Shown here: piece after piece, positions 1-20,880 of the stretch
How the letters are laid out: each line of letters opens with the position of its first letter
Numbering within the stretch: the first letter of the stretch is position 1
NCBI GenBank assembly: GCA_950097015.1
Contig: CATNEN010000041.1
Location: forward strand, 2,604,001-2,668,000
Direction: 5' to 3'
DNA length: 64,000 nucleotides
From: Macrostomum hystrix
Lineage: Eukaryota > Animalia > Platyhelminthes
Position numbers and translations under genes: made by a program
The notes under the pieces: generated by a model
Seen by the model: only the letters and a program-made list of their open reading frames with translations
Database searches by the model: none
Told to the model about the DNA's origin: nothing

Positions 1-136
1 TGTGGCACAGGCTGTGCTGCCGTCAATCAATCCCAGATCCCACTGTGGCACAGGCTGTGCTCCCGTCAATCAATCCCAGATCCCACTGTGTTCCCCGCCC
101 ATAGACTAATCCCGATTCTCCACTCGCGCCTCCCAG

Positions 137-1025
137 GCTGCAGGTGGCTTGCGATGTGGTGGAGGGCATCCGGTTCCTGCACAGCCGCGGTCTGGTGCAC
201 CGTGACGTGAAGCTGAAAAATGTGCTGCTGGACAGGCGCAACCGGGCCAAGCTGACGGACCTGGGCTTCTGCAAGCCGCACGCCATGATGAGCGGCAGCA
301 TCGTGGGTACCCCCATCCACATGCCGCCTGAGCTCTTCACCGGCCGCTACGACTCTTCGGTTAGAGCAGTGCTGTCAGGGGTGCCATTCTGTATTGTCCG
401 TGGTGCCATTTAATTCTATCAGTTGTGCCATTCTGTGCTGTCAGTGGTGCCATTCTGTATTGTCAGGAGTGCCATTCTGTGCTGTAAGGGGTGCCATTTA
501 GTTCTATCAGTGGTGCCATTTAGTTCTATCAGTGGTGCCATTTAGTTCTATCAGTGGTGCCATTCTGTGCTGTCAGGGGTGCCATTCTGTGCTGTCAGGG
601 GTGCCATTCTGTGCTGTCAGGGATGCCATTCTGTGCTGTCAGGGGTGCCATTCAGTTCTGTCAGTGGCCATGCCCATCGAATCGGCTCTACCCAGGTGGA
701 TGTGTACGCCTTCGGCATTCTGTTCTGGTACGTCTGCGCCGATACGGTCCGCCTGCCGTACAACTTCGAGCAGTGCAGCAGCCGGGATGCTCTCTGGAGC
801 TCCGTGAAGCGCGGCATTCGCCCGGAGCGGCTGCCGGTTTTCTCCGACCAGTGCTGGGACCTCATGCGCCAGTGCTGGGACGGCCTGCCCGACCGCCGGC
901 CCCTGCCCGGCCACCTCCTGCCCACCCTGCAGGCCCTGCTGGCCGAGGCCCAGACCGCCCCTGCCTCCGCTGCCTGCGCCACCGGCGGCCCGGCGTCAGG
1001 ACATCCCGTGAATGACCTACTTTGA
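137..1025 (+). CDS. DSTYK: Dual serine/threonine and tyrosine protein kinase, last two coding exons (137-359, 696-1025); gene starts upstream of the window
   Basis: Spliced translation [32 protein letters not shown]...[35 protein letters not shown]|[12 protein letters not shown]...[20 protein letters not shown] closely follows the DSTYK kinase domain as I recall it (HRDxKLKN, DLG instead of DFG). AG 135-136, GT 360-361 and AG 694-695 are phase-compatible. Confidence 0.9.
361..665 (+). repeat. Degenerate ~19-23 bp minisatellite (gtgccattctgtgctgtcagggg) filling the DSTYK intron
   Basis: Visible tandem units between the donor at 360 and the acceptor at 695. Confidence 0.85.
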
Positions 1026-1580
1026 CCGTGAAGGATCTACATTGACCCGTGAATGACCTACATTGACCCCGTGACTGACCTACTTTGACCCGTGAATGAC
1101 CTACTTTGACCCATGAAAGACCTACTTTGACCCCGTGAATACATATTTTGACGCGTGTAAATCTGTCGTGACTCACCTGACAAGTGAACTGTTAGCGGTA
1201 ATCCCTTCATCCTGCAGCTGACCCTATATGTTTTGCGCATCTTTACTTCTTCGTCTTTCCTTAACAAACTGAGGCCTCGCGAAGCTCCCGGCGACATTCT
1301 TGTGGCCTCCAGCAAGATCAGGCGCTAACACCGTTGAGTTCCTGGCCCATCGGATGTGAGCTGTCTGCTGGAGTTGCAAGAGTGCTGACAAAAGTAGTAT
1401 CTTTCTTAATAATTTGTAAACGAGTTATTTATTCAGTATTCCGGTTCGTGTATGCAGTCCAACAGATTTTATATATCACTATCGAATTGGCTAAATATAT
1501 TAAATTGATTCACTTCCAGTTTACGATTGTTTATTGTGTTCAAGTGCCTCTTTTTAGGGCTGGTAACGTATAGGCGACTA

Positions 1581-1830
1581 TAGGAGGTGAGTGGCAAAGC
1601 GGTCTAATGCCTGTTGCACCAAGGTCCCTGAGTTCGATTCCTAGGAGAGGCCACAGGCGCGGAGAGATGAGTTTGGGGGCTTGTCATGCAATCAACTCCC
1701 TCAAGGGCCAACTTCCAAGGCAGTGAAAGAGCCTCACGAAAAAATTGAGGGCAGATGTACACCGCTGTGGACTGCGTACAGAATCCCTGTGCGTGTCTGC
1801 TCAGGAGTCAAACAGGAGTGCTGAGGAGTG
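1581..1830 (+). mobile_element. tRNA-derived SINE, family A, diverged and 3'-truncated copy
   Basis: Starts taggaggtgagtggca like the 41878 copy. Has an A box (tggcaaagcgg), a B box (gttcgattcc) and the shared internal motifs agggccaac, gggcagatgtacac and gctcaggagtca. Confidence 0.75.
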
Positions 1831-1908
1831 AAAATGTCTAATTGTTTGCCCACAGCCCTCCAGCAAATATGAATGCTTGTACAGGTGGCTATACGGCAGG
1901 ACAAGTAA

Positions 1909-2917
1909 ATGGACAGGTGACTCTATACCAGGTCTGGTAATGGACAGGTGACTATATACCAGGTCTGGTAATGGACGGGTGACTCTATACCAGGTCTGGT
2001 AATCGACGGGTTACTCTATACCAGGTCTGGTAATGGACGGGTGACTATATACCAGGTCTGGTAATGGACGGGTGACTCTATACCAGGTCTGGTAATCGAC
2101 GGGTTACTCTATACCAGGTCTGGTAATGGACGGGTGACTATATACCAGGTCTGGTAATGGACGGGTGACTCTATACCAGGTCTGGTAATCGACGGGTTAC
2201 TCTATACCAGGTCTGGTAATGGACGGGTGACTATATACCAGGTCTGGTAATGGACGGGTGACTCTATACCAGGTCTGGTAATCGACGGGTTACTCTATAC
2301 CAGGTCTGGTAATGGACGGGTGACTATATACCAGGTCTGGTAATGGACGGGTGACTCTATACCAGGTCTGGTAATGGACGGGTGACTCTATACCAGGTCT
2401 GGTAATGGACGGGTGACTCTATACCAGGTCTGGTAATGGACGGGTGACTCTATACCAGGTCTGGTAATGGACGGGTTACTCTATACCAGGTCTGGTAATG
2501 GACGGGTGACTATATACCAGGTCTGGTAATGGACGGGTGACTATATACCAGGTCTGGTAATGGACGGGTTACTCTATACCAGGTCTGGTAATGGACGGGT
2601 TACTCTATACCAGGTCTGGTGGTAATGGACGGGTGACTCTATACCAGGTCTGGTAATGGACGGGTTACTCTATACCAGGTCTGGTAATGGACGGGTGACT
2701 CTATACCAGGTCTGGTAATGGACGGGTTACTCTATACCAGGTCTGGTGGTAATGGACGGGTGACTCTATACCAGGTCTGGTAATGGACGGGTGACTATAT
2801 ACCAGGTCTGGTAATGGACGGGTTACTCTATACCAGGTCTGGTAATGGACGGGTGACTATATACCAGGTCTGGTAATGGACGGGTGACTCTATACCAGGT
2901 CTGGTAATGGACGGGTG
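1909..2917. repeat. 31-bp minisatellite (ctataccaggtctggtaatggacgggtgact), ~32 copies
   Basis: Head-to-tail units with few variants and no spacers; lies between the convergent DSTYK and POLQ 3' ends. Confidence 0.95.
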
Positions 2918-3592
2918 ACACAATGGACTGTAAGGAGTTACTTACACCTTCCAGCCGGGCCAAAAAGTGTACATTTTCTCAGTCCATGGACAAGGGAGGC
3001 CGCCCTTCAGCAAGATAGCCGCCCTTCAGTGATAGGGTACTGTACAGTACTATTTGCAGCATCTCACTTTCATTGGCCAGTTGGAAATCACGAACTCAAA
3101 GATGAGCTCAACGGCTGACACATGTAATCGGACAAATGCACTTTAAAGCGGAAAAGCACGAAGAGACGGCTTGCAAATGTACTATTAAAGTTGGCATGCA
3201 TGGAGTGACAGGTGCAATATAGTGAGACAGGAAATGCCAAATCAGTGAGTTGCGCCGGCGGGATACAACCCATTGCCGCAGGCTGAAATGCGGTGATCCC
3301 AAAAAGAAATCAAACAACAGCTGAAACAAAAAATGAATCGCAAGAAGGTAGAAAAAGGATCGAGTGGCAACTGAGGAAATGCCTGGCAGTCGCCCGCCTT
3401 GAGCAACAGCTGCAGGCTGAAATGAAGTCTAAAATCACCTGGAGTCCTCATCAGTGTCTAAAAATAGCTACAGTAGAATAGAGAACAACAGGCTGCGCGA
3501 AAATATTACTCCTGTTATTCTTGAACTGCTTTGATAAAAGTACACGGTGTCAGTTGTTAAATAGAGTTCAGGTAGTATTTCTATGAAATGCC

Positions 3593-13765
<10,173 letters not shown>

Positions 13766-14057
13766 ATCCGCTGCACAATCTAGAGCCTGTACTCAAAGAT
13801 GGAGCTCAGGAGGCTGAGAAGAAAGGCCGAGCTTCAGTTTAGCCAGAGCATTAAGCGAATCAGCATAGCCAGCGACTGCAACTGGAAGGTGTTGTCATTC
13901 ATATCTGTGTTGGTGTTTCATTGGATCACAGCAAGTGAATTCCACTATTTTTCCATTATTCCATTATTATTTTAACTGAGCAATGACCACAATATAGATC
14001 AAAAGTTTCCACCCTTGACGATGAACTAACTTTCAAAGCAGTTCATCGTCAACAAGT

Positions 14058-15102
14058 TTGCTCTGTGTAAACCTCAATGGCGAATCCGTATTGGGTGACA
14101 AGGTCAACTAAGGTTGCTCTGTGTAAACCTCAATGGCGAATCCGTATTGGGTGTCAAGGTCAACTAAGGTTGCTCTGTGTAAACCTCAATGGCGAATCCG
14201 TATTGGGTGACAAGGTCAACTAAGGTTGCTCTGTGTAAACCTCAATAACGAATCCGTATTGGGTGACAAGGTCAACTAAGGTTGCTCTGTGTAAACCTCA
14301 ATGGCGAATCCGTATTGGGTGACAAGGTCAACGAAGGTTGCTCTGTGTAAACCTCAATAACGAATCCGTATTGGGTGACAAGGTCAACTAAGGTTGCTCT
14401 GTGTAAACCTCAATGGCGAATCCGTATTGGGTGACAAGGTCAACTAAGGTTGCTCTGTGTAAACCTCAATGGCGAATCCGTATTGGGTGTCAAGGTCAAC
14501 TAAGGTTGCTCTGTGTAAACCTCAATGGCGAATCCGTATTGGGTGACAAGGTCAACTAAGATTGCTCTGTGTAAACCTCAATGGCGAATCCGTATTGGGT
14601 GACAAGGTCAACTAAGGTTGCTCTGTGTAAACCTCAATGGCGAATCCATATTGGGTGACAAGGTCAACTAAGGTTGCTCTGTGTAAACCTCAATGGCGAA
14701 TCCGTATTGGGTGTCAAGGTCAACTAAGGTTGCTCTGTGTAAACCTCAATGGCGAATCCGTATTGGGTGACAAGGTCAACTAAGGTTGCTCTGTGTAAAC
14801 CTCAATGGCGAATCCGTATTGGGTGACAAGGTCAACTAAGGTTGCTCTGTGTAAACCTCAATGGCGAATCCGTATTGGGTGACATGGTCAACTAAGGTTG
14901 CTCTGTGTAAACCTCAATGGCGAATCCGTATTGGGTGACAAGGTCAACTAAGGTTGCTCTGTGTAAACCTCAATGGCGAATCCGTATTGGGTGACAAGGT
15001 CAACTAAGGTTGCTCTGTGTAAACCTCAATGGCGAATCCGTATTGGGTGACAAGGTCAACTAAGGTTGCTCTGTGTAAACCTCAATGGCGAATCCGTATT
15101 GG
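14058..15102. repeat. 56-bp minisatellite, ~18.7 near-identical copies
   Basis: ttgctctgtg at 14058 recurs at 14114 and onward; no spacers. Confidence 0.95.
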
Positions 15103-15832
15103 CTCAATCCTATACTAACAATACTTTCGATTTCATCGAATAAAGGGGAAAATGTTTTCGCCTGGATTCGCCTGGTCTATCTACTCTTAATACATTGTAC
15201 GCTGAGCATTATCTTAGGTGTGAGTAATAGCGATGGCAAATCCAGCACTGTGAAATGAAGAACGACACGTTAAAAATTCGCATAAATTTCAGACACAAAG
15301 CTGGTGCATTTCAATGAATAACTGATGAATTATGCAACACTGGAAAATGAATGAAAGAAATGAAAAGTAACGATAAAGGGCAATGCTGTCAGAAAAAACA
15401 CAACAAGCCACAGAAACGCTGCGTTAAAAAAAGCAGCCAAATTCTGAACATTCGACAAAGGTGAGCACAGCTGGCCTCATTAATAAAGACTGACGCAGAA
15501 GAGGCTGCACAAAGTGACTAACAGCAAAAACTAACAAAAAAATCTTAAAGAAAAACAGGAGGTACGAGTGTAAACAAAATGCCAACAGATGGATAATTTT
15601 AAATTAAAGGTAAGTTTGGAGCACCGTAAAGGCTGGCTGGACTATTAAACGCTCGTTAACGGAATGAAGAACAAAAACTGCCCTTAAATCAGCTTGAACC
15701 GAGCCCTGACCAACGAAACAGCAAAACAGCTGGATCAAAATATAAACAAAGAAAACAAGAACAGCCTGCTGGTTGCAGCAATTGTCAGTCCAGTTCCATC
15801 CGATATTGGCAAGCGCCAACAGCCGCCTTTGC

Positions 15833-17638
15833 TTAAAACCTGCCCGGACGCTTGAACTTGTGGGCCGAGAATTTCGCGGCTCTGGCTGCAGCAACCTGCG
15901 ACGCTGACACGGACTGATCGTCAGCCGGGGCGGCAGGCCGCAGATGGCGCTGCCGCTCTCCGGCACCAGAGCGGATGGCGGGCGGATCCCTGCGCAATGC
16001 AGGATGAGGCCTGCGACCATGGCCCGGGTTCTTCGTGGCTGGCTGCCCGACAGCTTGGCGGCTCGTCGCAGACTGACCAAGCGGCTGATCGCGGCGGCGT
16101 TGACTCTTCAGAACAAGAAGTCCGCGCTCGGCTCCGCGGCGCATCACCTCCTTGGCCTGCCGTTCGCGCTGGCGAAGGTTAATCGACTTGTGAAGGTCGC
16201 GGTCGCCTTTGGCTTTAGCAGCGAGGCGCTGATTCCTACTGTCCAGTGCCGGCGGCCCGCGAAGCTCACGATTTCCACGGTGCGGCGCCTGAAATCCCGC
16301 GCCATGACGGCCCATGGACTCGAATCGACGGTCGTGACGGTCCACCACGTCAAGCTTAAGACCACGGGAGTCAGATTTTTCAAGTTCACGTTGTTTCGTT
16401 GGTTCGAGACCACAATTGCGACGGTCCGTTTCCTTGAATCCATGACGGCGACGGTCATTCGGTTCGAGTCCGCGATAGCAATGGACCATTGGTTCGAGTC
16501 CATGGCCGCGATGGACCGTTGTTTCGAGTCCACGGCCGCAATGGACCGTTGGTTCCAGTCCATGGCCGCGATGGACCGTTGGTTCCAGTCTATGGCCGCG
16601 ATGGACCGTTGGTTCCAGTTCATGGCCGCGATGGACCGTGGGTTCGAGTCCATGGTCGCGATGGACCGTTGGTTCCAGTCTATGGCCGCGATGGACCGTT
16701 GGTTCCAGTTCATGGCCGCGATGGACCGTTGGTTCCAGTTCATGGCCGCGATGGACTGTGGGTTCGAGTCCATGGCCGCGATGGACCGTTGGTTCCAGTC
16801 TATGGCCGCGATGGACCGTTGGTTCCAGTTCATGGCCGCGATGGACCGTTGGTTCCAGTTCATGGCCGCGATGGACCGTGGGTTCGAGTCCATGGCCGCG
16901 ATGGACCGTTGGTTCCAGTCTATGGCCGCGATGGACCGTTGGTTCCAGTCCATGACCGCGACCTCGATAATCTATCGATTCTATATCCCAGTCGTGAAAA
17001 TCCATCGCTTTCAATCCACGAGAGTCAAGGTCCGGCGGTTCGAATCCACGATTCACCGATACAGACTCAAGTTCCGGACCAGCAACCGACTCCAAAGCAG
17101 AATCAAGACCGTAGGTCGATTCCAAAACAGAATCATAAGTAAAAGCTGATTCCAAAGCAGAACCAGGACCGCTTGGTGACAAAAAGCGACGATCGAGGCC
17201 GTTGGCTCGTTCCAACCCGCGAAAATATCGGTCCACATCCTCTAGCTTGCGATCAACGCTGCTCAATGAGTCGAATGCAAGATTGACACAGGCGGTGTTG
17301 TAACAGGGCGGGACCAGGCCGCGCTCCAGATGTCCAGCGCCCCTCGCCCAGTCAGTATTGCGTGTGGCGCTCCTGAATTTCCTTACGTCCGCTACGCGCG
17401 GCTTGTCAATGCCCAGCACAATCCTGTCTATGCTGGTCAGCGACTTCTCCCGCTTACGGCCGTCAGTCTTCCACGGCCTACAGGCGGCGTTCACTGTATC
17501 GAAGCTCTCGACGGTCATGCAATCGTCGAACTCGGCCATCTGGCTGACTGAGGTGTCGGCGCACCACTCTGAGTCGTCATCTGGGCGATCCATGATGAGC
17601 AGGTGATTGTTGAAGGGCGGGATGCGGCCTCGATGCAT
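15833..17638 (-). CDS. Uncharacterised 601-aa ORF with His-rich 10-aa repeats (RGHxLEPTVH)
   Basis: Long ORF with non-repetitive N- and C-terminal parts; an acceptor-like site (ctctctcgcattgcag) lies just upstream of the ATG; degenerate 10-aa repeats flank the homogeneous core in the same frame. No family recognised. Confidence 0.55.
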   Translation of the reverse strand: MHRGRIPPFNNHLLIMDRPDDDSEWCADTSVSQMAEFDDCMTVESFDTVNAACRPWKTDGRKREKSLTSIDRIVLGIDKPRVADVRKFRSATRNTDWARGAGHLERGLVPPCYNTACVNLAFDSLSSVDRKLEDVDRYFRGLERANGLDRRFLSPSGPGSALESAFTYDSVLESTYGLDSALESVAGPELESVSVNRGFEPPDLDSRGLKAMDFHDWDIESIDYRGRGHGLEPTVHRGHRLEPTVHRGHGLEPTVHRGHELEPTVHRGHELEPTVHRGHRLEPTVHRGHGLEPTVHRGHELEPTVHRGHELEPTVHRGHRLEPTVHRDHGLEPTVHRGHELEPTVHRGHRLEPTVHRGHGLEPTVHCGRGLETTVHRGHGLEPMVHCYRGLEPNDRRRHGFKETDRRNCGLEPTKQRELEKSDSRGLKLDVVDRHDRRFESMGRHGAGFQAPHRGNRELRGPPALDSRNQRLAAKAKGDRDLHKSINLRQRERQAKEVMRRGAERGLLVLKSQRRRDQPLGQSATSRQAVGQPATKNPGHGRRPHPALRRDPPAIRSGAGERQRHLRPAAPADDQSVSASQVAAARAAKFSAHKFKRPGRF

Positions 17639-18265
17639 CGATCAGGCCCGGGAGCTGCAATGCGAGAGAGCCGGGCTGTTGCTGATTCCTACTCATAAAT
17701 TGTTGCTAGGCTCAATAAAGCCTGACCTGAGCAACCTGAGCAACACCAACCTGATCCTTGACAACAAAAGCGTCGCTAGCTCATGAGAAAGTACGGGTAC
17801 AATCTCTACCCATCATTCTGTAATAAAATAAAGGAAAAGACAAACACGCACAAGCTGCTTCTTGTCTCTAAGATTTACAAATCGGACGCGCCGTCGAGTG
17901 TAATTTCATTAGGTACGCACAATGAACCCTGAATTCCTGATTAAAAGGAGCAAAACAAACAGCAGCCGAGACTCCGAGTGCTCACACAGGTCAACTGGAA
18001 ACTCGAGAACTCACCTTTCACTACTCATTCTTGCAGATTTCGAGCTAATGATACCCTGCAAACACAATGCAATCCAGTTAATTGCTGGCTGATACAATTC
18101 TGACAGGAAATATAATCTGATTAAACAAATCCAATAGGCTTGATGACATGTGCTTGTCCTCCTCCCGTGACCCCCACCCGAACCAATGCAGCATCGAGAG
18201 AATCGTCAGGCTGTGTTTTCATTCAGGATTTTTGGGAAGAAATGCCAGGCAGTTTGCAGCCAGCC

Positions 18266-19871
18266 TCACTCGGCCTCATCTTGCTCGTCGATGCTCTCGT
18301 CATCGCCGCTCGCCATCTCTTCGTCGCCCTCTCCGCCGTCGGAGCATTCATCATCGTCCGGATCTTCGTCCAGTAGTTCGGGCACAAAGTACGACACTCC
18401 GTCGTCCAGCACGGTGGAGGTCAGGCGGACTCGGCCGGCTGAAGCGGCGGCGGCTGCGGCGGCGGCAGCAGCCTCGGCCGCCGCGGCGTCGCCCTGGAGG
18501 CCGTCGGTGAAGCGGCCCCCGGCTGCCTTATCCCAGCAGGCGATCGGGCGGGCGCGGAACTCGGCCATCTGGTACTGGCACAGCTTTAACACCTCGCACT
18601 GCTCCGGCGTTAGTCGGCGACCTCGACGACAGACCAGGTGAGGCCGCTCCAGGTGCACGACGCCCTTCACGAGGCGCACTGGGAGGCCCAGCTTGCGCAG
18701 CGCGGGCTCCATGGAGTGCTGCCACTGCGGACAGGCTCCGGGCATCAGCTCCACGCTGTTCACCGCTACGAAGCCGGACCTGGCGAAGTCGGCGTCCGTC
18801 AGTCTGGACAGCACATCGGACACCGAAGCCACGCTGCGGTTGGTGAACAGCAGGGCCTTCTGGCTGCGCATTAGGCGGCTCATGCGGTGCAGGTTTGGCT
18901 GCAGCTCGTCCTCGGGTGACAGGCCAAACGCTTTGGAAATGATGCTGTTTTTGCCTAGCAACAGTCTGCAGTCTTTGAGTTCGGCGCGGAGCATCTGTGG
19001 GCGCAGAAGGGGATCAAAGGGAGAGATTGGACTCTATTCTCTGGATCAAAGCTGCTCAAAGCCTACCTGCAGCTTGGAGCTGCGCATGCTGTCAGTGCTA
19101 GCCTACCTGCAGCTTGGAGCTGTGCATGCTGTCAGTGCTAGCCTACCTGCAGCTTGGAGCTGCGCATGCTGTCAGTGCTAGCCTACCTGCAGCTTGGAGC
19201 TGCGCATGCTGTCAGTGCTAGCCTACCTGCAGCTTGGAGCTGTGCATGCTGTCAGTGCTAGCCTACCTGCAGCTTGGAGCTGCGCATGCTGTCAGTGCTA
19301 GCCTACCTGCAGCTTGGAGCTGCGCATGCTGTCAGTGCTAGCCTACCTGCAGCTTGGAGCTGCGCATGCTGTCAGTGCTAGCCTACCTGCAGCTTGGAGC
19401 TGCTCATGCTGTCAGTGCTAGCCTACCTGCAGCTTGGAGCTGTGCATGCTGTCAGTGCTAGCCTACCTGCAGCTTGGAGCTGCGCATGCTGTCAGTGCTA
19501 GCCTACCTGCAGCTTGGAGCTGCGCATGCTGTCAGTGCTAGCCTACCTGCAGCTTGGAGCTGCGCATGCTGTCAGTGCTAGCCTACCTGCAGCTTGGAGC
19601 TGCTCATGCTGTCAGTGCTAGCCTACCTGCAGCTTGGAGCTGCGCATGCTGTCAGTGCTAGCCTACCTGCAGCTTGGAGCTGCGCATGCTGTCAGTGCTA
19701 GCCTACCTGCAGCTTGGAGCTGCGCATGTTTTCAATGCACAGCAGCAGAATTCGGTCGTGCGAGTTCACCAGCTCCCTGACTCGCTCCATCAGCTGCGAT
19801 TTTACATCCTGGCCCCGTCGCTTCTTGGTCTTTGTCAGCGGCACTGGCCGGTCTCGCTTAGATTTTGGCAT
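18266..19871 (-). CDS. MRTO4: mRNA turnover protein 4 / ribosome assembly factor (uL10/P0-like), 2 exons (19871-19707, 18994-18266)
   Basis: MPKSKRDRPVPLTKTKK...ENMRSSKLQ|MLRAELKDCRLLLGKN...LLFTNRS...DFARSG...HSMEPALRKLGLPVRLVKGVV...LTPEQCEVLKL...EF, plus an acidic tail; matches the Mrt4 family as I recall it. Confidence 0.93.
19061..19728 (-). repeat. 40-bp minisatellite spanning the MRTO4 exon 1 donor, 17 donor copies
   Basis: gcctacctgc recurs every 40 nt from 19061 to 19701. Confidence 0.95.
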
Positions 19872-20599
19872 TTCAACAAAGGCGGTCCAACTGAGGGAAT
19901 CAAAGGTAGCTTTTTGTAACCAGTTTTTACTGACACTACGAGCATATTATTACTCATATTAGTCTGATTACTAAAACTAGTGAAATTAGGTAGCTTAAAA
20001 CTTTCAGGGTGGTGTTTGAACCTTTTTTCTGGTCTAAATGGGAATAGGTACTAGCTAGTTGAAGTGTGTTTATAAAACTGTGTTGATGACACAAGAATGT
20101 TTCATTTAGCACAGGAACTTTAGAAACTTTTAGCAAATGAAAAAAGTACTGTTTGCAGTCTACTAAAACTTATTACTTTCACCAAAAAATCTATAAATTA
20201 CTTCATTTAGAGTCACAAAATAATCAAATACTACAACTTCTAAGACTTTAATCAGTGCCATAATCAGTTTCAATTTTAAAAACATTTCTTGGACATTTCA
20301 TGTCTACAGACTTTATAGTTTTTCCCTATTCAAAGAATAAGGATTAAAACTAAATGCTAACATAATAATTATTAGAACTTTTTTATTTTATATATTTTTT
20401 GAGTTATATAGAATAGCACTAGTTTAATTATGAAATAGACAATACTGTTTTAGAAGTCAAATTGGCATAATTTTATACATTCTCTTTGTTTTATTCTCTT
20501 TTCACAGTGCTTAGCCTTGCTTTCTTTATTGTTATTCATATGTCTATTGCCAGTTGTCTTATCACAATATCTATCTATTGACCACTTATATGTCTTAAA

Positions 20600-20880
20600 T
20601 TAGGGCATTGGACTAACAACTTGAAGGTCAGGGGTTCGATTTCCGACTCCACTGAAACAATTTGTGTCCTTTAGCAAGACACTTAACTCTGCATTGCTTC
20701 AGTTCACCCAGCTATTAAATGGGTACCAGCATCAGCTGGGATAATTGAAGGTGGGTGTGGTGTCCCCCCAGTCCATGGACTGAACAGCTGTACGCAGCCT
20801 TCAGATGCACCACACAATAGCTGCGGCTGTGCTGTTGGCTGCACATCTGGCCCGATTGGGGCAGGTGTAATCAATTATTA
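20600..20880 (+). mobile_element. tRNA-derived SINE, family B, with a CORE-like central domain
   Basis: B box ggttcgattt(cc); 20664-20727 gtgtcctttagcaagacacttaactct...ttcagttcacccagctattaaatggg resembles the MIR CORE consensus; (att)n-like tail; second copy at 5483-5764. Confidence 0.75.

Noticed and set aside
1909-2917. CRISPR array (31-bp partly palindromic repeats)
   Set aside because: Units are head-to-tail with no unique spacers, there are no cas genes, and the context is eukaryotic.
14058-15102. CRISPR array or tandem small-RNA genes (56-bp unit)
   Set aside because: No spacers, no pol III boxes and no Sm site or spliced-leader motif that I could recognise.
13770-15840. The 601-aa ORF as the first exon of POLQ
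   Set aside because: Its only candidate donor (AG|gtttta, phase 2) is weak and matches no acceptor near 13770 (phases 0 and 1). POLQ normally has a short N-terminus before the helicase.
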